A stretch of 64,000 nt of DNA, taken from contig MU058844.1 of NCBI GenBank assembly GCA_013265495.1, positions 564,941 to 628,940 of the forward strand. Reading direction: 5' to 3'. This DNA is from Vicugna vicugna (Eukaryota). A program made the position numbers and the translations under genes. The stretch's first letter is position 1. Every line of letters starts with the position of its first letter. Below, in pieces: positions 11,906 to 24,680 of this stretch. The notes beneath the pieces are model-generated. The model saw nothing but the letters and a program-made list of their open reading frames with translations. It was not told the origin of the DNA and searched no databases.

Positions 11906-13639
11906 GCAGTAAAAGTTCAACTAATATCAGAATCAGAAATTTTAAAATATGTACGCTACTTCTACAACAAATGATGATGCTGCCTTTTGTCAGCCTCGCA
12001 TAATAGTTTGAAATCTTCAGAGATCTTATTCACTTGCTCCCCACAAACCACGTGGAAGACATGTGTGTCTTCAGATGAAAATATGTGGAAGTTTAGGGTC
12101 TTAAAGAGCTTGCTCAAATTCACTGGGGCCAGGTGGGGGCTGGTGATGGTGCAAACCAGACTTGTTCCTCACAGAGAGCCCCTCTGTGACCCCCGCAGGG
12201 CCTGCACAGGAACAAGCAGCTGATAAACTCCCAGTTTGTGTGAATTGAACAATAATAATTAACAGTCAGGTCATAATTATATGCATGTTCCCACTTATCC
12301 CTCAGGACAGCCCACCAAGGTCTGACACATCACAAGCTGGGGAAGGTTCTGCTTGAGCCTCACATCCACACTCAAACACAGCACACATTCCTCTTTGATA
12401 AATCAGGTCAGGCTCATTAATTCTTAATGTGGGACCCTTTCTGGTACTAACTGGTTTCAGAGCAGGCTAATAAAAACCAAGATTCCAAATCAAGCACAAA
12501 ACAAACTAACAAACCAATAGACCCCAGAAATCTATCAAGAGGTAAAAATAGAGATGAATGAGCTCCAGGTAGCTCCTCCACTCTCCTCCTTGCAACTTTA
12601 GTCATTAGATGTCATGTTCTCCCACGAGGAAGTCCCCATCCTCAGCCTTGAAAGTAAACTAAAACACTCCACGTTCCTGATGCTCTGTTGGGATGTATAG
12701 CCTGCAGAAACTGAACGATCTCAAGTTATTTTTGCTTAAAAAGGACAATGGGTTTTAAAAAGTAATGTGCTTTTGATTCCTGACTGCAAGTGAGCACCAC
12801 GGAGCCAGCTTAGCCTCTTCCTCTCTTATCTACTACGCTCTCTCTTTCCCCTTGGTACAGCTATTGGCCACAAATCCGGAACCGTCTAATCCTTTGTCTG
12901 GTGTCAAAGGCCTTTCAAGCTCCCATCCTGAACCATCAAAGATTCTTTCACTTCCTTTTAGCCTCTATAAATATCAATTTATTGTTCCATCTGTCTGTTT
13001 CTGGTACTGACACTGAACCTCTTGACAACAGCTTGATTCGGGGGAAAGCTGAGATCTTAAACATTTCAGAGAAGCAGTGGGTGATGAGAGCATTAGTGTA
13101 GCTACTGAACTGATCCTTGGAGCAAAAAAGGGAAAAAAATGTTGGGTTTCAGAATTGTAAGAATTTTTTCATTGCATAGTATACCAACCAGGAGGGCAGC
13201 AAATCAGTTGATCATATTGCCACAGAAGTTTTTCTTCCTGTAAGACAAGAAGGGTTACAGGTAGGCACAGATGGACCGAACTGCCAGGCAGAGGTGGCAA
13301 AACATGGAACTGAAATGCATTGAGAATCTCTGTATCTGAGAAGCCAGCAGTAGAATCAAGGACGGCCAAAGAGAAAATCCGTTCTCCCTCATGACCAACG
13401 ACTAGAGCAAAGCTATTCTCTTCCTGCTCCAGGAACGATTAAGAGCAACCACTGACCTGTCTATTGACAAGCCAGTGAAATATGCTGGATCTAACCAAGT
13501 TGTTTCTTAGCAGAGCAATACATGGCAGGCCTCTTAACTTCTCCGAGCTTCTAACCACTACACCACACAGTCTCTCTAGCCCTTGAAGGGGACCTCAAGT
13601 TTCAGTATTCTACAGAAGTGTGCAGAGCTGGGCTTCCCA

Positions 13640-13825
13640 AACTGTAGTTTTCATCGGAATAGTTTGCATCGGAATCCCCTGGAGAGCTTCTGAAAACAGA
13701 TTCCTGGGCCCGACACCAGAATTTCAGATTCAGTAGGTCTAGGGCGGGCCCAAGAATTTGCATTTCTAACAAGTTCCCAATTGACATTGATGCTGCTGGT
13801 CTGGGGACGATGTCTTATGAATAGT
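13640..13825 (+). mobile_element. MER5A-like hAT-Charlie MITE
   Basis: catcggaatcccctggagagctt...cagattcctgggccc...gattcagtaggtctagggcgggcccaagaatttgcatttctaacaagttccc. Confidence 0.85.
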
Positions 13826-13839
13826 TCATCTGGAGGAAA

Positions 13840-14290
13840 AGCAAGGACTTGGGAGTAGGCAGACATGGATTCTGGCCCCAGTTCTTCCACTTCTTGCGTG
13901 CCTCTGAGTGAGCCACTGAACTTATTTGAGCTTTGATTTTCTCATCTAACAGGGCAAATAATGGCAGGAAATGGTAGAGTGGTTAGACACATGGACTGTG
14001 TTCAAATCTGGCCCAGCCACTAACTGCCTATGGGAACTTAGTCAAGCTCCTTGACTCTGAATCCCCCAGTTTCTTCACCTATAAAGTGGAGGTGATAATC
14101 ACATAGAGTTGCTGTGAGCACTGAGTGATTGTAGATACATAAAACATTCACAGCACTGCTTGGCCCGTGGCAAAAATGACGTGAAAATTCGCTAGTATGA
14201 TTTTTTATAGTTGTGTGAATTATATGAGATACAGCACATAAAGTGCCTTATGTCCTGTCAGGCACAAAGAAAATGCTCAGAGAAAATGCA
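13840..14290 (+). mobile_element. Nested or adjacent MIR SINEs
   Basis: Two cores, gagctttgattttctcatct and ccccagtttcttcacctataaagtgg, and two MIR 3' ends. Confidence 0.65.
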
Positions 14291-14814
14291 TGGTACATGT
14301 TAGTTTCCTCTCTTCAACTCCAAAACAGGGAAGTCAGAGTTGTAACTGCCAACTGAAAGATTGTCCTTTAAGCGGCGATCTCGCCAGATCCCACCTCCTC
14401 TGAAGGGTCTGTACCAGTAGGGCCTTCCTTTGAGCAAAGACCAGCAACTTGAAATATTTAGCCCATCTGTGTTAGGTGTTCATGAGTGTGGGAAAGGCTT
14501 GAGGAATGCCCCGCAGGATGCGGAATGGCCGGCATTCCATTTCAGGGATGGAACCACCTAAGTGTGGCTCAGACCCACCTCACCATTTAAGGACTCAGGC
14601 TGATCCACTTCCTTCATCCTCCCCTGCTTACAGCTCCAGGCAACCCCTAAATTACCGCTAAGCTGATTGCTAGGCACTACAGCTGTAGTCATTTATCTTA
14701 TTTTCCAGTTCTATTTTCTTGTAGAGGCCTGTGGATAAAGGGCAGGGTCGAAGTTTAGATAAAAGGGTCCATCATCCCTGTTTCCAGGAAGAATCTAGTG
14801 AGCTGCTTTAGGAC

Positions 14815-15040
14815 AAAGTATTCAAATATATTTTATAAAGTCTGTGTGTTAAAAACTCCCTGCTGGATGTTTTTGATATCTAGTGGTATATAGTAAAGGC
14901 CCTGAGAAGTCCTGCAATAAAGCAATAATCAATTTTATCCTTAACTCAGCAGTTCTCAGATTGTTTGACCATGGAAACATTTTTCTTTGAAACAAGTAAT
15001 ACCTCTTAACATTTGACAGAATGTACTGTGGCAAATGCTG
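14815..15040 (+). mobile_element. hAT-type DNA element (MER103-like)
   Basis: ttaactcagcagttctcagattgtttgaccatggaaac...tgtggcaaatgctg; family assignment from memory. Confidence 0.45.
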
Positions 15041-15055
15041 GATCCCGCAGAAATT

Positions 15056-16429
15056 TACTTTATTTATTATTGTTATTATTATTATTATTATTATTATTTT
15101 TATTTATTTTTTTTTATTGAAGTATAGTCAATTATAATGTGTCAATCTCTGGTATACAGCACAATGTCCCAGTCATGCATATTCATACATGTATTTGTTT
15201 TCATATTTTTCCATTAAAGGTTATTACAAGATATTAGTTCCCTGTGCTATATACAAAAGAAAAAAATTTTAAAAGTCTATTTTTATATATAGTGGCTAAC
15301 ATTTGTAAATTTCAAAATCCCAAATTTATCCCCTCCCACCCCCTTTCCCCAGTAACCATAAGATTGTTTACTAAGTCTGAGAGTTTATTTCTGTTTTGTA
15401 GATGAGTTCATTGTGTCCTATTTTTTTTTTTAGATACCACGTATGAGTGATATCATATGGTATTTTTCTTTTTCTTTTTGGCTTACTTCACTTAGAATGA
15501 CGATCTCTAGNNNNNNNNNNNNNNNNNNNNNNNNNNNNNNNNNNNNNNNNNNNNNNNNNNNNNNNNNNNNNNNNNNNNNNNNNNNNNNNNNNNNNNNNNN
15601 NNNNNNNNNNNNNNNNNNNNNNNNNNNNNNNNNNNNNNNNNNNNNNNNNNNNNNNNNNNNNNNNNNNNNNNNNNNNNNNNNNNNNNNNNNNNNNNNNNNN
15701 NNNNNNNNNNNNNNNNNNNNNNNNNNCCTTCTGGATCCCAGAAGTGGGATTGCTGGATCATATGGTAAGTCTATTTTTAGTTTTTTGAGGAATCTCCATA
15801 CTGTTTTCCATAATGGCTGAACCAAACTACATTCTCACCAATAGTGTAGGAGGGTACCCTTTTCTCCACAGCCTCTCTAGCATTTATCATTCATGGACTT
15901 TTGAATGATGGCCGTTCTGACTGGTATAAGGTGATACCTCATTGTAGTTTTGATTTGCATTTCTCTCATAATTAGTGATATTGAGAATTTTTTCATGTGC
16001 CTATTGGCCATTTGTATGTCTTCATTGGAGAATTGCTTGTTTAGGTCTTCTGCCCATTTTTGGACTGGGTTGTTTGTTTTATTGTTGTTATTATTAAGTT
16101 GTATGACCTGTTTATATATTCTGGAAATTAAGCCTTTGTCAGTCACAACATTTGCAAATATTTTCTCTCATTCTGTAGGTTGTTGTTTTGTTTTGCTTAT
16201 GGTTTCCTTTGCTGTGCAAAAGCTTATGAGTTTAATTAGGTCCCATTTGTTTATTTTTGCTCTTATTTCCATTGCCTGGGTAGCCTGCCCTAGGAGAACG
16301 TTGCTAAGATTTATATCAGGGAATGTTTTGCCTATGTTTTCTTCTAGGAGATTTATTATGTCTTGTCTATTTAAGTCTTTAAGCCATTTTGAATTTATTT
16401 TTGTGTATTGAGTGAGGGAGTGTTCTAAA
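15056..16429 (-). mobile_element. Young 5'-truncated L1 (ORF2 C-terminus, 3' UTR, A-tail) with TSD
   Basis: Frameshifted ORF2 peptides [13 protein letters not shown]..., [11 protein letters not shown]...[12 protein letters not shown] and [29 protein letters not shown]; (TAT)n/T tail at 15056-15115; 15-bp TSD gatcc(c/t)gcagaaatt at 15041-15055 and 16430-16444. Confidence 0.95.
15511..15726. other. Assembly gap (216 N)
   Basis: Run of N inside the young L1. Confidence 1.
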
Positions 16430-16578
16430 GATCCTGCAGAAATTGAAATGCCCACCTGTGAAACTTTCCCTGGGGGGAAATAGGAGATATATGTTAGTCT
16501 CTAGCTGTTTTAATTTATTGCTAGACCCATGCTAAGCATTTGTCAAGCACTAGCTCTCCAAATATCACCTATACAACC

Positions 16579-17062
16579 TGTTGACAAGACAAAACTCTGC
16601 TTATTGTTTATTGTGGCAAAGCTAATAACCACTCAGACATAGCTCAGGTAATGTCTCCAAGGGGAAGGGGCAAGGTCAGATTTTATTGAGAATTCAAAGT
16701 TTGGTTTAAGGTGCTCTTTCAATGAAGGGGCTAGATTGGATAAGATTAATGATTTGAAAGTTTAGGATTGGAAGAAGCAAGAAAAGGATTTTAAAGTGAG
16801 GTATTTGAGGATCTTTAGGGTGTTAACTGACTCTTCATGCTTCCTGTTGAAGAGGTGAAGGGTCTTTTGGCGAAGTTCTTGTAATGAACAGTCGGGTGAT
16901 TTATCTGGGCAAGAGGCTCCTGGGTTAGTAAAGGAATGATAAGGAGGACAATGGAGTAGTAAGTTCTGTTAATATATTGTGGAAAGTAAGGATGTGTGTG
17001 TGTCTGTGTGTGTGTGTGTGTGTGTTTGGGGGTGGAGAAGGGTTACATAGTTTCAGTCCTCA
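16579..17062 (-). mobile_element. Probable old ERV solo LTR
   Basis: About 480 bp bounded by TG...CA, with tttatt near the left end (minus-strand AATAAA). Family not identified. Confidence 0.45.
16993..17025. repeat. Interrupted (TG)n microsatellite
   Basis: Read directly. Confidence 0.9.
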
Positions 17063-18429
17063 GTTTCCAAGCTGTGTTTATGGGGTAGATGGTATCTATC
17101 CTTACTCTTAATTCTTGAATTTATTGCTTGAATGAATGCAATGAATGTTCATCTGTTTTATTTTAGGTATTTCCTCCAGGCTACAATTCAATGCGGTATA
17201 ACCTGAGGATGTTATTTGTGTTGGATTCTACAAGTTCATCATTGTTGAGTTACCATTGTATGTCAATGCCAAGATCTACTCCCCACCCCCTATGTTTGAA
17301 TGTGTATTGTGTCAATGCACTTAGATGAACCTCAGGCCGCCCAGAACTGAGAAACTCCTCTTTAGAACAGTTGCATTTAGAGACATAGTGACAGAAATAG
17401 CATCCATTCCTTTGCTGGGTTTTACATATTTTGGAATGAGGATAGATAACAACTTTGAAATTAGACGTAGGCCTTTGTCTCCTGAGGATAGAGCCTCCTG
17501 GAAGTGGTGAATCCCTTGGTCATATTCATGATGAAGGATGGATTGATGGGAACTGCTTTCCATTTACTTAAGAAGTTCATGTCTTTAATGTGTTCTTTAT
17601 TTTACAAATACAAAGTGTCACTAGTCACTCAAGTTTTATATTACATTTTAGGAAAAAGATGGCAAATTTGGTCCCCAAAGGAGCAGAGTACAGAATGAAC
17701 TACAGATTGAACTGATATCTTTAATAACAATAAAGGCATATTCCATGAGTTAAATGTGAACAAAAAAATAAAACTTCCAGTTTAATCTCAACTCTCTGAC
17801 ATTGTGCAACCAACTCAGATGATATTTTCTAGGAAATTATTTTACCTTTTCTATTACTTGGTAAAGCTACTTTTGGTGAGCTACGTTTATCTCCAGGTAT
17901 TTGATCTTACTTGGCAAAAAGAAAAAATTTGGGCTGATGATGCAGTCACTTTGAAAGCATAGGAGTGGTGCTAACTTACATACTATTTAACCCTTTCTGT
18001 CAAAAGTTGGTATAATTTTATTGTAAAAATAAAAAAGATGTGTCTAAGATCTTAGTACAAATTTAATGTGAACTTTAATAACCAAATACTAGCTGAATGA
18101 AAGCAGGCCTAATTATTTAGATAGCAAGAAAGAATTCATGAAAAATATGAAATATAGGCTATATTTTTAAGAAAATGGACATATAGTAAGTAGAGACAGT
18201 ACAGTCCAGTGACAGACACTTATTGAAATTCATTCCAATTGCAGCATTATTCTCGATCCTGGGAATCCAAAAATCAGGGAGAGTATCAGTGCTTGTTCTT
18301 GAGCTCATTGTCTAGAAGGCGGGACTGAGATGAAAGCATGAATGTCAGAGTATAGCAGATACTATGGTGGAGGGGTTACAAAATACTGGGGATTGGTAGA
18401 AGGTTTCTAGAAGAGATAATGTATTTGTT

Positions 18430-18912
18430 ATGTATTGGTGTGTAATAGTAACCCCAAAGGCAGTACCTTTGAACAATAAGCACATAGTTTCTGGATCAAG
18501 AAACGGAGTGGCTTAGCTGGGTGGTTCTGGCTCAGGGTCTCTCATGAGGTTGCAGTCCTGATGTTGGCCAAAGCTATTGTCATCTGAAGGCTTGACAGGG
18601 GGAGGATCCACTTTCAAGATGGCACATTCACATGGCTCTTGGAGGAGACCTCAATTCCCTGCCATGGAGGCCTCTCTATAGGGCTACTCGTAACATGGCA
18701 GCTAAATCCATCCCAGAGTGAGGGATCTAAGAGAGAGAAAGGCAAAAGCCACAGTGTCTTTTACAACCTAACCTCAGGAGTGACATTCTATCACCCTCCA
18801 TAGCCTATTGAGCACTCAGATCAATCTGATACAGTGTGGGAGAAGACTATACAGAGGCGTGACTACCAGCAAGCAGGGGTCACTGGGGACCATCTTGGAG
18901 AATGGCTACCAT
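18430..18912 (-). mobile_element. MaLR LTR, MLT1F/G-like
   Basis: ggcttagctgggtggttctggctcagggtctctcatgaggttgcagtc...gtcactggggaccatcttggagaatggctacca. Confidence 0.8.
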
Positions 18913-19039
18913 AGACACCACCTAACCCTAGTCGAAGTTCCTAGGGATTATACTTTGATAAACCCGTATTTAAAATAATTTTTAGTTAACTGATAATCTT
19001 AACTGGAATATGAATGTCTGTATATAAAAGGAGAATGAT

Positions 19040-19310
19040 AGTAGTAGGCACTATTTATTGAACTCTTCCTACAGGGCAGGCACTTTCCATGTATCATCTC
19101 ATTAAGAGACAGCACAGCATAGTGTTTAGACATCTGGATTCTAGAGCCACATAGGCTTAAAAAAAATTATTGGCATGTTGGAGCAGATTGCTTAACCAAT
19201 CTGTGCCTTAGTTTTCTTATCTGTAGGCAAAAGGAATAGTATGTCCCTCCTAAGGTTGTCTTGAGGTTAAAGTAAGCCCAGTCACCAGGCTCTCCCGTAA
19301 TTGCTGGTAT
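19040..19310 (+). mobile_element. MIR fragments
   Basis: gcttaaccaatctgtgccttagttttcttatctgta core, preceded by a short reverse MIR end. Confidence 0.65.
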
Positions 19311-20844
19311 ACTTAGATTCCAAAACCCAATTTTTTCCCCCTTTTCTTCATTAATTTTTTTTTTACCCAAGGGAGGCTGCAGGGCAAAGGCACTACCTTG
19401 AACTGACCCAGTGGGAAGCAAGGAAATCTGAGTTCAGAATTGGACGTCCTCTACAAAATAGGCTGGTCAACTCCCATAATGCCAGTCAGCTAGGCTGAGT
19501 TTCAAGTTGTCAGTCTACTGTTATGCTCACTCCTGCTGGGAAAATGGGGAAAAAAAACAACAAAAAGTGGGTCACCCCATGGACTAATGTGCAAGTAACT
19601 ACTGCTCCCTAGGGAGGGCAGCTCTGCTCAGTGGCTTGGAGCAACCCACACTTTTACCACGAGACGTGGAAAACCAGCCAATAAGCCTCCCCAGGGTGTC
19701 CCTCTGACCTCATGCCCTACAACTGAGGACGTTTTCGCTTCTTGGCCCTGACACCCCTTAAGTCCCACTTCTGTTCTCATCTGGTTCAATCCAGTTTAAT
19801 TTGGCTCTTGTCATTTTTATCTCTTTAGCATTTGGTCAAAGTGTCCCTATCGGTACCCCTTCCCTGCAACTATTTCTGTCTTTAGAAAATAGAAACCTTG
19901 GATATAGGTGCTGGCTCCTCCGTGGCTAGGTCATCTGCCCACAGCCCTCCCAGGTTACTGCGGGTATGCCATTGCATTCACCTATCACTCTGGATTGTGA
20001 GAACAGCTTTCACAGACTAAACAACCAAAAGCCCCAGACGAGTTTATCTGAGTTTGCAAAAGTCTCTAGGGACGTCTCATTTCCTTTTCTTGCACACAGT
20101 TATTTAAAAATAAATGGCAAAGACTTATAATGGCAGTGAGGGGGAACTGTCTTCAGAATGACTCCCCCCACCTCCTACTTCCTACCCACCACTCTCCTTT
20201 GGGAATAACACTGTTAAGACCCTTTAAAAAGTACGTGAGAAACACCAAGTTCTCACTAGGGATTAAGTGCCAAATGAGAACAGAGTCTGAACTGTATTAG
20301 TAAATCCTTATTAGCGGGTGGCTGTCAGTTGGGTTCCTACGGTGACCTTTTTATGATGAAAGGCAAGATTTACCATTATCATCAAGATAAAGACCTCACC
20401 AGAGTTGGAGCAGCCTCCACCTTTCTGGGGGAAGTTGCAGTCCCTGGCCCCAGTCCCTACCTGCTGGCAGCACAGCTTTTGTAGTCAGCGGTCCACAGCT
20501 GGGGCGGGATGGGGGCCGAGAGGCCTGAGCAAGCTCCTCTTTCACATCTGCTAAGCCCCCTCCTTCCCTTTGTTGAAACTTTTCTCAAACTGTCTCCTTA
20601 GAGAAGTCTGCTTAAAACCTCTGACTGGGCAGCCCCTTTCCCTGTCCCCACAGTCAACCATCCACCTAGTCTAGCCACTCCCTATGGATTTTTTTCACAA
20701 ATGAATGCCTGCATCTTTCTTCACAAAAAGGATATAAAAGTCACAGGAGTATATGTGCCTGCTCATCTTACTGCTTTCAGAAATGCATAGTTGAAGGGAA
20801 CGACCCCATTCTGAGACTTGGCACTGTTGGGAGTTAGGGGTGTG

Positions 20845-21055
20845 TTCAAGATCATGGGCTTTGGAGTAGGACATTTTGGTTCCAGTTCTGCCACTTAGTA
20901 GTGCCCAACCACTCTAAGCCATATTCTCTTCACCGGTAAAATATAAATAATGATGATGTTTACCTTATGGAGTTGGTGTGAAGATTATGGAACCGTATAA
21001 AGCATCCAGGAAGTGCCTGGCATATCTAAGCACTCAGTATTCCACCTATTACCAT
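20845..21055 (+). mobile_element. MIR SINE
   Basis: gggctttggagtaggac...ttctgccacttagtag...agtgcctggcatatctaagcactcagta. Confidence 0.75.
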
Positions 21056-22104
21056 AATTATTCATAAAAATGTCCATTTACACTCAGGTTTCTTCCTGAG
21101 GCCTTGTGGGCAGGTTTGACTGACACTATCTCATTGTATTTCTATTACTATAGCTAATAATGCAGCCACCGTCTTATCCATTAGAACAACAACAAATCAT
21201 AAAATGTAACGAGCACTGTAACATAAATTGCATTAGTAACTCAGATCAGAGAACAGTTACATTGGGGGTGGAAGAAGCGTGGAGGTTAGAGTGGGGTGAA
21301 GTTATAGACGCTCTGAAGAATATTGTCTTATCTGGTGGATTTCTGGAAGAAGAGGTCACAAACTGGGCTGCCTGCAGACGCATTTTATTTGTCCCTTGAA
21401 GTGTTTAAAATTATTCTGAATTAATTGCCAACTTTTAAAACAGGAGATTTCACATAAAAATAGAAATTTATGGCTTCTCCTGGAAAATCAGAAGATCTGT
21501 TGACTTGGTTGTCCATAGTTCCACTTGGTGTCAGTTGGCTCTCTGCTTCAGCCTGGGCTGACCTCCAACACTGTCCCCACTGGGCCTTTTCTTGACCCTT
21601 GTTAAGGGTCAAGAAATTGAGAAGATAAGATTTTCATAGGTACATCTACAACTAAGCATGAAAATTTAAAGTGCTAGAGGGTAAGAAAAATCTTTGTTTA
21701 CTTAGGTAGATTAAAATAGTCAAGAAATCTATTTGTTGACTAAATATATCCTTTCCTACTTAGATTTCCTACTGACATCAAGTCCAATGTTTATCTATAT
21801 GTGATTACCACAAGGGAAAGAGAGTTGGAAATCCTATGAAGACTATGGAGGTGCTGAAATGAATTCAGAAAGAAATATGCTTCTGAAAAGGGCAGTAGTA
21901 AAGTAGGGACTCTAAGGCTTGCATGCCACCACATTTTGCTGGCTTTGCTGATTGCTTTTAGACATACATTAATAAAAATTAACTAACAAATTTACAATTT
22001 ATCCTACTTTTTCGAGTCTCCAAAATGAATATATGATTTAACACAAGGGCTTTCAAACATTTTTTTGACTATGACCTACAGTATAAAATACATTTTTCAT
22101 CACA

Positions 22105-22295
22105 CACATGCATTTATATTCATTAGTGGGTAGGCACTTGGACTGCTTCTATCTTTTGGCTATTGTGAATAATGCTACCATCAACGTGGATATACAAATA
22201 TCTGTTCTAGTCCCTGCTTTCAGTTCTTTTGTGTATACATCCACAAGTGGAATTGCTGGATCAGATGGTAATTCTCTCCTTAATTTTTTGAGGAA
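22105..22295 (-). mobile_element. L1M ORF2-end fragment
   Basis: ggcacttggactgcttctatcttttggctattgtgaataatgct...agtggaattgctggatcagatggtaattct. Confidence 0.85.
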
Positions 22296-22769
22296 GATGA
22301 TGATTTTTACAAAGATGATTTTCAGATCACAGCTACTGTGAAATAACGAACTGCATTAGAACATTCATCTGTGTTTCCATCGCTTTCCAGCACTTTTTGC
22401 CAAGTTTGCAAATAAGAATTCTCAAAGAATTTTTGTTACCATGGTTGTGAGGAGCACAGGATTCTGTAGACATATCATTAGAGTAGCTCCCAGAGGGGGA
22501 GCTATCTGCCACTCAGTGATGAATAAATGAACGCTCATTAAGAAAACTTAATATGGTGATTGAGAAATTACCACTGTGTTCTGCGTTAAAATGTACACTT
22601 ATTAGTCTAGTCTGTTTCATGTTGTGACTGTAAAATCAATAACTGATGCTCTTCTCCAAGTGCTCTGAGCAACCTCAAGTGAGATGGCAAAGAATGAGGA
22701 AAAGTCCTCAGTCCCAATCAGCCTCATTGATACTTACATTCAACACAATAAAACCTCCAGTAAAGTTAA

Positions 22770-23550
22770 AAAACCCAGTTTTTATTTCTAAAAATTATAT
22801 TTGTAATGCAGGTTCACTGTAGGATAATTAAAAAATTATAAACACATAAAAATAAGAACATTAAAACCATCTATAATCCCACCCCTTTTTGTTAAATTCT
22901 TTCATATTATTTTCCAGGCATAAATGCATTTTGTGTAATTTTGAACTATAAAACAGGGTCACACTATAATTTATTGTTTTGCAACTTGCTTTTCCCCAAT
23001 TAGTATATTGTATACATATTTCCATGTCATATATTTTTTCATGAAATAATGTTTATGATCACAAAATAGCCACTTAATGAATATCATTTTTTTAATGTTG
23101 TATTAGACTTTTTCTTTGAAATTTTATTTGCTAATATGACAATGAATATTTTCATAGCTAATTTTTTATTTCATCTTTACTTTTTCAGGATAAATTTTTT
23201 AAAAACATGGCTTTACAAATGGTATGCATAGATTCTTATTTTTTTAAAAAGAAAATATTTACATATTTTTCAATATAGAAAATAATACACATTTATTATT
23301 ACAGGTTCAAAATGGAATAAAAAGAAAAGTTAAAATTGCCCCTAGTTCTCAAGCTAATAATTGTTAACAATTTGGTGAACATCTTTTAGATTTTCAATGC
23401 ATGTATACAAACATACATATTTACAAAAATGAGATCTGACTCTACATTTGAGTTTGGCAACCTTATTTTTTAACTTAACAGGTAGTTGATTTTTTTCCAT
23501 GTCATTAAATACTCTTACAGTATAATTTTTGATAGTTTCAAACTATTTCA
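22770..23550 (-). mobile_element. Degenerate L1ME 3' fragments
   Basis: Very AT-rich, with aataatacacatttattatt, gcaacttgcttttcccc and tttccatgtca motifs occurring twice. Confidence 0.6.
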
Positions 23551-23551
23551 T

Positions 23552-24060
23552 TGTGGAGAAGGAAAAAATTTTTCTCTACCCTATTAGGTTTTATCTTTGG
23601 GGAACCGGCAAATTTAACTAGCAAAAGGCAGTAAAAGAAAAGAATCATTTTTTAAAATTCATGTTATGTACATGGGAGTTCACAAAAAAATGACTCAGGG
23701 AGGTGATTAGAATTTGAGGCTTATATACCATCATAATGGGGAAGAGAAGGGGGAAAGGGAATTTACAGGAAAAACAAATGATGTTTAGTGAAGAAATATG
23801 AAACTTTACAAGGATAGGCAGGAGATATGATAGTTTAGTAGCAGTATCTATTTGTGTGGTTTCTTATTCTGGTACTGTCTTTGGTGACAGAAGTCAATCT
23901 TTCCTGGTTTCCTGCAGGGCATTTATGACAGTTAAATTATTTTGGGAGGCTCTGCTTTTAGTCAGATGAGGAGAATTCAGAAAAGAAAACTCTTCACATT
24001 GGTATATTCAGAATTCCTTCACCATATTTGTATTTATGCAAGTCAATCTCGGTTTCTACA
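23552..24060 (-). mobile_element. Probable ERV1 solo LTR
   Basis: About 510 bp from tgtggagaa to ggtttctaca; ggcttatatacc (minus-strand TATA). Family not identified. Confidence 0.55.
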
Positions 24061-24479
24061 GCCTCTGCCAAGGGGAACTGACCTACTCACATCCCCTACT
24101 AACATGGTGGGGCTTCCCTTCTCTCCTGCTCTGTCCCTACCAGCCACCAGCTAAAGGGAAGAAGACCAGGTACCTGACCATGGGCAATCACTATGTTATG
24201 AGGGGCCTGGTGCACCGTCTTTGCTCAGACAGGGAACTCATCATTAGATCTGAGATGAGAAATAAGTAGAAGGTCAAACTATTCACAGTGGATTCACAGC
24301 TTAAAGATACATGAAGGAGAGATAAGAGGGAGAGGAGTTACATTGAAACGTCATAAATAGGTCAGTTCACAATATAGGGAAACAGGATGTATGAGTAAGA
24401 TAAGCTATGAGGTTGACAAAAATATGTAGAATAAAAAGTAGTGTTTTAAAGACTTTGGGATCAGATGGGAATTTTAATT

Positions 24480-24680
24480 TTGACACTTCTAACTTAAATG
24501 GTATGTGATTTGCACCAGTTAATCTTTTGAACCATAGTTTCCTTATCAGTAACACATGGATAATAATATATCTGTTATTGAGTTGTAGGAAGAATTTATT
24601 GAGATAATATAGGTAAGGTTCTTAGCACAGAGTCTCTGACACATAGAAGCACTAAATAAATGTAGTCATTATTATAGCTA
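24480..24680 (+). mobile_element. MIR SINE
   Basis: tagtttccttatcagtaa...cttagcacagagtctctgacacatagaagcactaaataaatgtag. Confidence 0.75.

Noticed and set aside
12838..13010. Strong plus-strand acceptor ctctctctttccccttggtacag
   Set aside because: No convincing donor follows and the translation is unrecognisable.
15430..16455. ORFs with L1 ORF2 similarity as a functional CDS
   Set aside because: 5'-truncated, split over several frames with stops; a dead retrotransposon copy.
17321..17563. 80-aa minus-strand ORF with a TPR-like look (YDQGIHHFQEAL)
   Set aside because: No flanking splice signals on that strand, no recognisable family, and the length is within chance expectation.
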